A DNA stretch of 64,000 nucleotides from an uncultured candidatus Porisulfidus sp. (GTDB lineage Bacteria; Pseudomonadota; Gammaproteobacteria; Poriferisulfidales; Poriferisulfidaceae): the NCBI GenBank assembly GCA_965116025.1, contig OZ220480.1, positions 224,001 to 288,000 on the forward strand, given 5' to 3'. Within the stretch, counting starts at the first letter, position 1; every line of letters begins with the position of its first letter. Of the stretch, positions 11,129-19,942 are shown one piece after another. A program made the position numbers and the translations under genes. The notes below the pieces were generated by a model, which was given only the letters and a program-made list of their open reading frames with translations, did no database searches and was not told where the DNA came from.

Positions 11129-12496
11129 TCAGAGCCAGCCGAAACCGTTCAGCAGGATCAAGAAGACCGCCACCGGGACGAGCAACCGGACCAACCAGAG
11201 CCAGCACTCGAACAGCCAGCCTTTTCCCATATCCGCTTCGCCCTCAAGCACGGATCGCTTGACCATCCAGCCCGCGTAGACCGCGATCAGGATGCCGCCG
11301 ACCGGCAACATGACGTTCGAGGCCAAATAGTCCATCCACTCGAAGAAGTTCTGCCCGTGGAATGTCCAGTCCTTTCCGATATTGAACGAGACCACGGTGC
11401 CTAAGCCCGCGAGCCAGATCACGGCCGAGCTGGCCAAAGTCGCCGCGCGGCGACTCATTCCACGCGAGTCCACCAGCCAAGAGACCGCTGGCTCTAGTAG
11501 CGAGATCGCCGAGGTCCAAGCCGCAATCAGGGTCAGCGCGAAAAACAGGACACCGATCAGCCAACCCCCAGGCATTTGTCCGAAGGCGATCACCAGGGTC
11601 TGGAAAATCAATCCCGGTCCGGCATCCGGCTCCATGCCGCTCGCGAATACGATTGGGAACAAGGCGATGCCCATCAGGATCGCGACGAGCACATCCGCGG
11701 TCACGACTACTCCGGCCGCTTCCGGGATAGAGAACTGGCGAGGCAGGTAGGCACCATAGACCATAATCGCGCCCATGCCAATGCTCAGCGAGAAGAACGC
11801 CTGGCCCATCGCCTTGAGCGCGACTTCTGGAGATAGCTGCTCATAGTTGAACGAGAACAGGTAATTGATGCCACGGCCGAAATCTCCATGCAACGCGGCG
11901 AAACCGACCAGTAGCAGCAACAACCCGAAGAGGGAGGGAATGAGAATGGTCGTGGCCTGCTCAATGCCTCTGTTGACACCGCGCAGAATGATCCAGGCGA
12001 CCAGAATGGTCATCAGGGTGTGCCAGCCAAGCAACCTCCAGGGACTTTCAGTCAGTCGGGCGAAGTGACTCTCCGCGGTCGCCCGATCAAAGCCTTGGAA
12101 CGTGCCGAATATGCTGTCCACCAAATACGCCGCGGTCCAGCCAGAAATAACCAAGTAGAAAGACAAGATCATCACTCCGGCCAGCATGCCGAGCCAGCCG
12201 ATCGCTTGCCAGTTCCTTGAGCGTCCGTCCTGCTTAGCTAAGCGACGCATGGTCTGGATCGGACTGTGGCGGCCGCGACGACCTAGCACGATCTCGGCCA
12301 TCATGACCGGAAAACCGATCAGCACCACGCAGGCTAGGTACACTAGGACGAACGCGGCCCCGCCATTCTCCCCAGTCATGTAGGAAAATTTCCAGATGTT
12401 GCCTAATCCCACCGCTGAGCCAATGGCGGCGAACATGAACGCGGTGCGCCGCGACCACAACCCATGTTGCGAGAATTCGGGGGAAGACGCTTTCAT
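11129..12496 (-). CDS. Sodium-dependent transporter, NSS/SNF family
   Basis: GSAVGLGNIWKF, GENGGAAF, GQAFFSLS, GPGLIF motifs; many TM helices. Confidence 0.95.
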   Translation of the reverse strand: MKASSPEFSQHGLWSRRTAFMFAAIGSAVGLGNIWKFSYMTGENGGAAFVLVYLACVVLIGFPVMMAEIVLGRRGRHSPIQTMRRLAKQDGRSRNWQAIGWLGMLAGVMILSFYLVISGWTAAYLVDSIFGTFQGFDRATAESHFARLTESPWRLLGWHTLMTILVAWIILRGVNRGIEQATTILIPSLFGLLLLLVGFAALHGDFGRGINYLFSFNYEQLSPEVALKAMGQAFFSLSIGMGAIMVYGAYLPRQFSIPEAAGVVVTADVLVAILMGIALFPIVFASGMEPDAGPGLIFQTLVIAFGQMPGGWLIGVLFFALTLIAAWTSAISLLEPAVSWLVDSRGMSRRAATLASSAVIWLAGLGTVVSFNIGKDWTFHGQNFFEWMDYLASNVMLPVGGILIAVYAGWMVKRSVLEGEADMGKGWLFECWLWLVRLLVPVAVFLILLNGFGWL

Positions 12497-12609
12497 CGAA
12501 AAAGAGGGAGTGCCGACTTCCGTATGGAATCGGACGCGACAAAATCACCGCGCCCGGATCTAATAACGGTTATCCGAGCGCGATCAGAGCTGGTTGTGGA
12601 TCGCGCGCG

Positions 12610-13287
12610 TCAATCGTCGCCGAACGCGGAGAGCAGATGCAGCAGACTAGTGAACAGGTTATACAGCGACACGTACAAAGTCACGGTCGCCATGATGTAG
12701 TTGGTCTCCCCACCGTGGATGATGGCACTGGTCTGGTATAGGATCAGGCCACACATCAGCAGAACGAACATGGCCGAGATTCCGAGCATGGCTCCAGACA
12801 CCTCCATGCCGAACATTGAGGCGACGACCAAGCCCAGCCCAGACAGGAAAGCGACCAGAATTCCCACCATCAACATCCCGCCCATGAAACTGAAGTCTTT
12901 GCGCGTGGTCAGCACATAGCCGGACAGTAGCAGGAAGATGCCGCCGGTCATCCCGAGGGCAGTGGTCACCAGTTGCGAGCCGTTTCGCGTAGCCGTCAGG
13001 TAATAGTCGATGATCGGACCAAGCGTGAGTCCCATGAAGCCGGTCAGGGCGAAAACGCATAGCAGTCCCCATCCGCTGTCACGGAACCGGGTCGTGAGAA
13101 ACAACAGCCCGAAATAGCCAACCAGCGTCAGAATCAGCCCCGGATGCGGCCAGTTGAATGCCATGGAAAGTCCGGCCATCGCCGCGCTGAACAACAGCGT
13201 GAGAGACAGTAGCGCATAGGTGTTGCGCAAAACGCGGTTGACGGCAAATGCCGGAGCCGAGGCGGAAATCGCGCGATGTTGATTCAT
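12610..13287 (-). CDS. yccA: Bax inhibitor-1/YccA membrane protein
   Basis: NRVLRNTYALL, FTG.MG..LGP, GGETNYIMATVTLYVSLYNLFTSLL. Confidence 0.92.
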   Translation of the reverse strand: MNQHRAISASAPAFAVNRVLRNTYALLSLTLLFSAAMAGLSMAFNWPHPGLILTLVGYFGLLFLTTRFRDSGWGLLCVFALTGFMGLTLGPIIDYYLTATRNGSQLVTTALGMTGGIFLLLSGYVLTTRKDFSFMGGMLMVGILVAFLSGLGLVVASMFGMEVSGAMLGISAMFVLLMCGLILYQTSAIIHGGETNYIMATVTLYVSLYNLFTSLLHLLSAFGDD

Positions 13288-13379
13288 TGGAGAATCCTCC
13301 CTGAAAAGATAGCGACTAGTTTACCAAATCCCTAGCCACGCGAGTTTCTGGGTTTCTCGATTTGCTGATGCTCTACGAT

Positions 13380-13394
13380 ACCATTTCTAATCCC
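13380..13394 (+). repeat. Shared junction ACCATTTCTAATCCC where homology among all six porin copies begins (also 17761-17775 -, 20909-20923 +, 25334-25348 -, 35327-35341 +, 39715-39729 -)
   Basis: Direct comparison. The bases upstream are GAT in copies 1, 3 and 6 and AAA in copies 2, 4 and 5. Confidence 0.9.
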
Positions 13395-15282
13395 ATTGAC
13401 GCTGCTGGCGGCGTCGCTGTCGGCGCTGTCGCTGTCGGCGCGGGCGGAGACGATCAACCTGTACGGGTGGCAGAACCACTCGTGGGAGTTCGTGAACATC
13501 GACGGCGGGCGCAGCTTCGACCGCATCCAGTCGAACGCCGGGAACATCGGCTTCTCGGCCAGCGTGGACACCGGCATGAGCGATATCAAGGTGAACCTGC
13601 AGTGCGAGCAGTTCACCTACTACAACCACTTCGCCGGCGGCACCGGCTGGTGCAACCGCAACTCCAAGATCGGGCTGGCGCATCCGATGGCCGGCGAGAT
13701 CATGTTCGCCACCTGGCTGCTGCCGTACAACGAGGGCGTGGCCCAATGGGTGGACCCGTTCTACGACGCCGGGGCCGACTCGCACACCAGCATCATGGGC
13801 TCGGTCGGGGCCAACACCATCTTCTACAACACCGGCGACTTCGACCAGCAGGCGTCGGCGTCGGGGCCGGCGACCGGCTTCTCCGGGGCGGAGTTCAACT
13901 ACGCCGGGGCCGGCTACGACACCGGCTTCAACCGGCGCCAGGAGAACATCATCCAGTACTGGTCGCCGAACTGGAACGGCTTCGTGTTCCGCTTCGCCTG
14001 GACGGCCGGCAACCGCGACGAGACGATGGCGCCGACCGGCGGCGGGAAGATCGACCCGGTGATCCGCTCGAGCAGCCTGGCGTACACGAACGGCCCATTG
14101 TGGCTGGCGGCGACCTGGCAGGACCACGAGGACTGGACGGCGGTCTCGGTCGGGGAGATGGAGAGCTCGGACGCGGAGAGCTTCCGTCTGGCCGGGCGCT
14201 ACATCATGGACCTGGGCGATGGTATGAGCGTGCAGCTGTCGGCCATGTGGGAGACTTTGGAGTACGAGTTCCACGGCGTGACCACGGTCGAGAAGGCGAT
14301 GGCGGCGTTCGGCTACGGGAACTTCGCGTCCTCCTACGCCGAGCCGATCTACGCCATGGATGCGGCCACCAAGAAGGTGGACGAGACGGTCATGGACCCC
14401 ACCCAGGCCGAGATCGACGCGCAGAAAACTCGTGGAGCGGCGCTCGAGTTCCTCACGGACGAGAAGGGGCTCCTAAGGTCGATGGAGGTTAAAGAAGGGG
14501 ACAGTGGCAACCCGAGAGGCACATCCTTAAAAGGAATGTTCGTATCCAAGCCTTTATTCAATGATCTCACCACGAACGATAAAGGAATGCTGATCGGCTG
14601 GACGGATCAGACCGATCTGAGCATGCCTGATGCCACCTCAGTTCATGGCGCGTACGCGGCCTTCCTCACCACTGACGCCGCCAAAACGGCTATTCGAGCG
14701 GGAAACCTGAAAGAGGTGATGCGCAAGCAGTCGTTCTACACCACCCGGCTGACCTCCACCGAGCTCACGGCTCTGAAGCTACCCGATAAAGCTGTCTCAG
14801 GAGCGGATACCGGCGCGGTGGTTGGCGACAAATGGCTCTACGACAACATCGTGGCGCATGCCAAGACCGAGGCCAAGAAGATGAAGGAAACGGCCAAGGA
14901 GGCGGAGATGAAGGCCGTGGAGACGGCCCGGATGGCCAAGAGCATGGGGTCGAACGTCAAGATCGAGCGGGACGCCTGGATGGTGTCGGGCAAGATCAAG
15001 TTCGGCGGCCCGCTGGACTTCCGCTTCTCCTACATGGACGCCGACGACCTGGAGCTGTCGTGCAACTACTGCATGGGGGACTGGGACGAGACGGCGGCGG
15101 ACGCCTGGAACGTCGGGGTGTTCTACACGATGCCGGCGGGGACCGAGCTTAGGCTGACGTATTCGGAAGTCAACAACGACGACAACGGGACCTACGGGCA
15201 GGGCATCTCGGGGACCGGCCTGGGGACGCCGGGGGCGGAAATCGAGATGTTCGCGCTGGGGATCGTGCACTGGTTCGACTGA
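13381..15282 (+). pseudogene. Porin copy 1: intact body but no MKK start or RBS (silent cassette)
   Basis: Reads PFLIPLTLLAASLSALSLSARAE...GIVHWFD. In-frame TGA at 13366-13368; no in-frame ATG or RBS. Porin motifs NRNSKIGL and RRQENIIQYWSPNWNGF. Confidence 0.8.
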
Positions 15283-15306
15283 CCGGTTGGGTCACCCACG
15301 ATAGCG

Positions 15307-15336
15307 AGCGGGCGCCTTCGGGCGCCCGCTTTCTTT
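15307..15336 (+). terminator. Intrinsic terminator of porin copy 1
   Basis: AGCGGGCGCC-TTCG-GGCGCCCGCT followed by TTCTTT. Confidence 0.9.
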
Positions 15337-15821
15337 GAGGATCAAGATTCTCGACTTGATCCGCCGCCACGAGGCAAATCGTGATGATGGCGGATCGCGA
15401 GAGCCAGATGTAACTGCTTCGGATGGTCGCGCGGACGCTTGGAGTGATGCCACGAAAGCCGTGCGGGGCGATCCGGCTTCAGGCTTTCATCAAGGATCGG
15501 AAACTCGATAGTTCCAGGGATCGATAGGCTGACCCCTGTTCGTCGCCGCGCGGGAAGTCTGCTTGATCGAGGACGACAAACCTCTCACTCCGTTTCTTCC
15601 TCGCGGCGCGCGCTAACCCGAACCCTCCGATTTCCCGCCGCCTCGCTTGGATTCCAGCGATGTCAAGAATTCTTGGTCCACCACCTTGTCGTGGATCGGG
15701 TCATCCCGATCTGGCCTGCCGCGAGCGGATCGCCTTCCGGGTGCGTGGGGGCGCGTCGGAACCAGGCCTCACGCCGCCAGCGCTGGACCCACTCTCGATC
15801 CAACCGGAAAACACCAGTCTC

Positions 15822-15852
15822 AAAAGAAAGCGGGCGCCCGAAGGCGCCCGCT
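15822..15852 (-). terminator. Intrinsic terminator of porin copy 2
   Basis: Same UUCG hairpin plus T tract, on the minus strand. Confidence 0.9.
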
Positions 15853-15875
15853 CTCGTCGTGAATGATCCAACGGA

Positions 15876-17783
15876 TCAGTCGAACCAGTGCACGATCCCC
15901 AGCGCGAACATCTCGATCTCCGCGCCAGCCACCCCCAGCCCGGTCCCCGAGATGCCCTGCCCGTAGGTCCCGTTGTCGTCGTTGTTGACTTCCGAATACG
16001 TCAGCCGCAGCTCGGTCCCCGCCGGCATCGTGTAGAACACCCCCACGTTCCAGGCGTCCGCCGCCGTCTCGTCCCAGTCTCCCATGCAGTAGTTGCATGA
16101 CAGCTCCAGGTCGTCGGCGTCCATGTAGGAGAAGCGGAAGTCCAGCGGGCCGCCGAACTTGATCTTGCCCGACACCATCCAGGCGTCCCGCTCGATCTTC
16201 ACGTTCGACCCCATGCTCTTGGCCATCCGGGCCGTCTCCACGGCCTTCATCTCCGCCTCCTTGGCCGTTTCCTTCATCTTCTTGGCCTCGGCCGTCGCAT
16301 GCTTCACGATGTTGTCGTAGAGCCATTTGTCGCCAGTCACATCACCGGTATCCGCTCCTGAGACAACTTTATTGGGTAGCTTCAGGGCCGTGAGCTCCGT
16401 GGAGGTCAGCCGGGTGGTGTAGAACGACTGCTTGCGCATCACCTCTTTCAGATTGCCCGCTCGAATAGCCGTTTTCGCGGCGTCAGTGGTGAGAAAAGCT
16501 CCGTACTCGCCGTGAACCGTGGACGTACTAAGATTGTTGAAGTTTCTCGTCGTCCAACCGGTCAGCATTCCTTTATCGTTCGTGATCAGCGTATTGAATA
16601 AAGCGCCAGTTACGGCTCTTGTGATGGATGTACCGGCATTAGTACTCCCAGAAGGCGTCATTAATCCTTTCTCGTCCGTCAGAAACTCAAGCGCCGCTCC
16701 ACGAGTTTTCTGCGCGTCGATCTCGGCCTGGGTGGGGTCCATGACCGTCTCGTCCACCTTCTTGGTGGCCATGTCCATGGCGTAGGCCTGCTCGGCGTAG
16801 GAGGACGCGAAGTTCCCGTAGCCGAACGCCGCCATCGCCTTCTCGACCGTGGTCACGCCGTGGAACTCGTACTCCAAAGTCTCCCACATGGCGGACAATT
16901 GAACGCTCATGCCGTCGCCCAGGTCCATGATGTAGCGCCCGGCCAGACGGAAGCTCTCCGCGTCCGAGCTCTCCATCTCCCCGACCGAGACCGCCGTCCA
17001 GTCCTCGTGGTCCTGCCAGGTCGCCGCCAGCCACAGCGGGCCGTTCGTGTACGCCAGGCTGCTCGAGCGGATCACCGGGTCGATCTTGGGGCCGGCCGCG
17101 TAATTACCTTTGGCGTCCTTGAGCGCGTGGGTCTCGTCGCGATTGCCGGCCGTCCAGGCGAAGCGGAACACGAAGCCGTTCCAGTTCGGCGACCAGTACT
17201 GGATGATGTTCTCCTGGCGCCGGTTGAAGCCGGTGTCGTAGCCGCCCCCGGCGTAGTTGAACTCGTTGCCGGAGAAGCCAGTGCCAGGATTGGACGCCGA
17301 CGCCTGCTGGTCGAAGTCGCCGGTGTTGTAGAAGATGGTGTTGGCCCCGACCGAGCCCATGATGCTGGTGTGCGAGTCGGCCCCGGCGTCGTAGAACGGG
17401 TCCACCCATTGGGCCACGCCCTCGTTGTACGGCAGCAGCCAGGTGGCGAACATGATCTCGCCGGCCATCGGATGCGCCAGCCCGATCTTGGAGTTGCGGT
17501 TGCACCAGCCGGTGCCGCCGGCGAAGTGGTTGTAGTAGGTGAACTGCTCGCACTGCAGGTTCACCTTTATGTCGCTCATGCCGGTGTCCACGCTGGCCGA
17601 GAAGCCGATGTTCCCGGCGTTCGACTGAATGCGGTCGAAGCTGCGCCCGCCGTCGATGTCCACGAACTCCCACGAGTGGTTCTGCCACCCGTACAGGTTG
17701 ATCGTCTCCGCCCGCGCCGACAGCGACAGCGCCGACAGCGACGCCGCCAGCAGCGTCAATGGGATTAGAAATGGTTTTTTCAT
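15876..17783 (-). CDS. Porin copy 2 (Gram-negative porin with large variable insert), complete; expression site A
   Basis: CAGGAG RBS, ATG, full signal peptide MKKPFLIPLTLLAASLSALSLSARA; beta-barrel motifs; C-terminal aromatic signal HWFD. Confidence 0.88.
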   Translation of the reverse strand: MKKPFLIPLTLLAASLSALSLSARAETINLYGWQNHSWEFVDIDGGRSFDRIQSNAGNIGFSASVDTGMSDIKVNLQCEQFTYYNHFAGGTGWCNRNSKIGLAHPMAGEIMFATWLLPYNEGVAQWVDPFYDAGADSHTSIMGSVGANTIFYNTGDFDQQASASNPGTGFSGNEFNYAGGGYDTGFNRRQENIIQYWSPNWNGFVFRFAWTAGNRDETHALKDAKGNYAAGPKIDPVIRSSSLAYTNGPLWLAATWQDHEDWTAVSVGEMESSDAESFRLAGRYIMDLGDGMSVQLSAMWETLEYEFHGVTTVEKAMAAFGYGNFASSYAEQAYAMDMATKKVDETVMDPTQAEIDAQKTRGAALEFLTDEKGLMTPSGSTNAGTSITRAVTGALFNTLITNDKGMLTGWTTRNFNNLSTSTVHGEYGAFLTTDAAKTAIRAGNLKEVMRKQSFYTTRLTSTELTALKLPNKVVSGADTGDVTGDKWLYDNIVKHATAEAKKMKETAKEAEMKAVETARMAKSMGSNVKIERDAWMVSGKIKFGGPLDFRFSYMDADDLELSCNYCMGDWDETAADAWNVGVFYTMPAGTELRLTYSEVNNDDNGTYGQGISGTGLGVAGAEIEMFALGIVHWFD

Positions 17784-17834
17784 TTTTTGACTCCTGAAAA
17801 ATTAGTCTCCGCAAGGCAATCACTCCTCACGAAC

Positions 17835-17856
17835 AATGTGGTGAAATTACCACATT
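17835..17856. promoter_or_regulatory. Palindromic operator-like site upstream of porin copy 2
   Basis: AATGTGGT-GAAATT-ACCACATT, a perfect 8-bp inverted repeat. Confidence 0.55.
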
Positions 17857-17865
17857 TCGGCGTGG

Positions 17866-17891
17866 ATTATATAGCCTAGAGATGATGTCAA
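17866..17891 (-). promoter_or_regulatory. Candidate sigma-70 promoter for porin copy 2
   Basis: Minus strand TTGACA-N14-TATAAT: perfect hexamers but an unusually short spacer. Confidence 0.5.
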
Positions 17892-18515
17892 TCGGCCATG
17901 CTGTTGTTTTTTAGAAACAAGTTTGGTTTAGGTAAGGTGGATGTCGATATCAGCATCTTTCTAATTTAAAAACAACAGGATTTCTTTACCTACTGCATTG
18001 CCTCGATAGGCGTATAGATATCCGAAACTGATAATGTTTTCTAGCTTTAGGAGATTTTCTGGAGTCATAGCGAGATGATCACTTCCCATGGATATGGTAG
18101 TAAAACGACCACATTTCTGCACGGTTATAGAACCTCTGGACACAGGCAAACGTCATGCCTATTGTTAGATTTTAGTGACAGGAGCGAATGAGAAAACCAG
18201 AAGCTGGTTTCAGTTTTCTATTGTTCTAAAAACAACAACATATCTTTCCACCAAAATTTCTATCGGATAGGATATAGTGAACGTATCAAGTTCGCCGTTA
18301 TCAACTCGGCAACTGATTAGCGAATTGGCCTACAAAAATGAACGGAGCGGCGACGAAAATGCGTTCAAGCCAATTCGATTTTGCAACTGGCTTGGCACGG
18401 GTTTTCATGGTCCAAATATAGTAATGAATCCAATTATCAATAGTGACCGTCGCTTGCTCCCGCCTGAAATCTCGTTATCAGAGCTCGGAAGAGCGACGCT
18501 CAAACTTAATCCTTA

Positions 18516-19691
18516 ATGAAGGAGAAAATAAAAATGACAGCAAGAGACTTTGAGATGGTTGAGGAATCTGGCCGTTCGGTCCCTTCCAAAACGTACGCTA
18601 GCTACGTCGGACTCGATGTCCACAAGGACAGCATCGCCGTCGCCGTCGCTCATGCGGGCCGAGGAGCTCCAGAATCCTGGGGTACCATACCGAACACGAA
18701 GAAAGCGATCGCAAAACTCGTGGATCGGCTGTATGCGAAGAACGAGACTTTCCTGATTTGCTACGAGGCTGGCCCATGCGGATACACCCTGTATCAGAAC
18801 CTGATTGCCATGGGGGTAGATTGCCGGGTCGTGGATCCTCCAAGAAACGAAAAGATCAAGACGGACCAGCGGGACGCGTTACGTTTGGCACGGCTTTTGC
18901 GCGCTGGAGAACTGGTAGAGATTTGGGTGCCGGATCAAGAGCAAGAAGCGATTCGCGACCTGTGCCGTTGTCGAGCCGATTTCATGGTGCAGCAACGGAA
19001 ACTGCGCCAGCAATTCAACGCTTTCTTGCTACGCCATGGACACCATTGGCCAACAAACTGGAAACGCTGGACGCAAAAACATCTCGATTGGTTGGAAAAG
19101 CTCGATTTCCCGTATATTTTCATGAGCGAGGTTCGAGATGAATATATCTCGGCCGTCCGCCTGTCCGCGTCAAGAATTCTTGATCTCGACAAAAAAATCG
19201 ACAAGGCTGTGCAGGCTTGGTCGTGGGCGCCAGTGGTCAACAGCCTGAAAGCGTTGCGTGGGTTCGACCAGTTATCCGCGGTTATGTTGCTATCCGAATT
19301 GGGTGATATCAGTCGTTTCGAATCTCCTAGTCAACTTATGGGCTACTTGGGACTGGTTCCGTGCGTGTATAGCTCTGGGGCGTATCACCGCACCGGGGGC
19401 GCCACGCGAGCGGGAAACCGTCATGCCCGGCAAGTATTGATCGATTCGGCTTGGTGCTACCGGTTCCCCGCTCGTCAAACCGCCTACATGAGCCGCAAAT
19501 CGGAAGGCGCATCCGCATACGCCCAAACTATTTCGTGGAAAGCGCAAAAACGATTGTGCGGACAATATCGGAAGTTGACCACGGCGGGAAAGAGCCAGAA
19601 AGTTGTTTGCGTGGCGATTGCGAGAGAATTGTCGGGGTTTGTCTGGGATATCGTCTGTCACGAAAAAGCCCGCCTAAGCCGAGTGAGATAG
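18516..19691 (+). mobile_element. IS110-family DEDD recombinase/transposase (Piv-related); start may be ATG 18534
   Basis: GLDVHKDSIAVA, CYEAGPCG, KTDQRDA, GYLGLVPCVYSSG, G..TRAGNRHAR, VAIARELSGFVW; frame intact. Confidence 0.93.
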
Positions 19692-19699
19692 GAGGTATA

Positions 19700-19900
19700 T
19701 GCCGAGACTTGTCGCAAAAATCAGGGTGCTTCAGTCTGTCGGAGAATCCTTGTAATTTCTATATCGGTGCGAGACCGTGTATGCTTGATTCGCATATTTG
19801 AACTCGTGATCCATGCTATTAGACAAAGGTTCAGCTCCGCGACTTCTACAGGTCACATCGGTAACCAACCCGAGTTTCATCCATGGCCTGCTATCGCAAA
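19700..19900 (+). ncRNA. Candidate bridge/seek RNA of the IS110 recombinase
   Basis: Non-coding region 3' of the gene. Stems GGAG/CTCC (19741/19835) and CCTT/AAGG enclose a loop with inner hairpins. A second domain GCGA..TCGG-TAACCAAC-CCGA..TCGC follows. Boundaries are approximate. Confidence 0.55.
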
Positions 19901-19942
19901 TGATTGGAGTATCCTGGTTTTTGCGCCGCGTCTAGGGGGCAG

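Larger units (their letters stand above)
15283..15875. repeat. About 600-bp inter-porin spacer, copy A
   Basis: Core GCTTGGAGTGATGCCACGAAAGCCGTGC...GGAAGTCTGCTTGATC recurs at 22821-23418 and, inverted, at 37227-37829. Confidence 0.9.

Noticed and set aside
13362-14492. Long alternative-frame and antisense ORFs over each porin copy
   Set aside because: They are shadows of extreme GC3 bias: Arg/Gly-rich, without an RBS, and they end where the AT-richer variable region begins.
15280-15300. Selenocysteine read-through at the porin TGA plus hairpin
   Set aside because: The TGA is inside the stem, the protein already ends in a barrel C-terminal signal, and a terminator follows.
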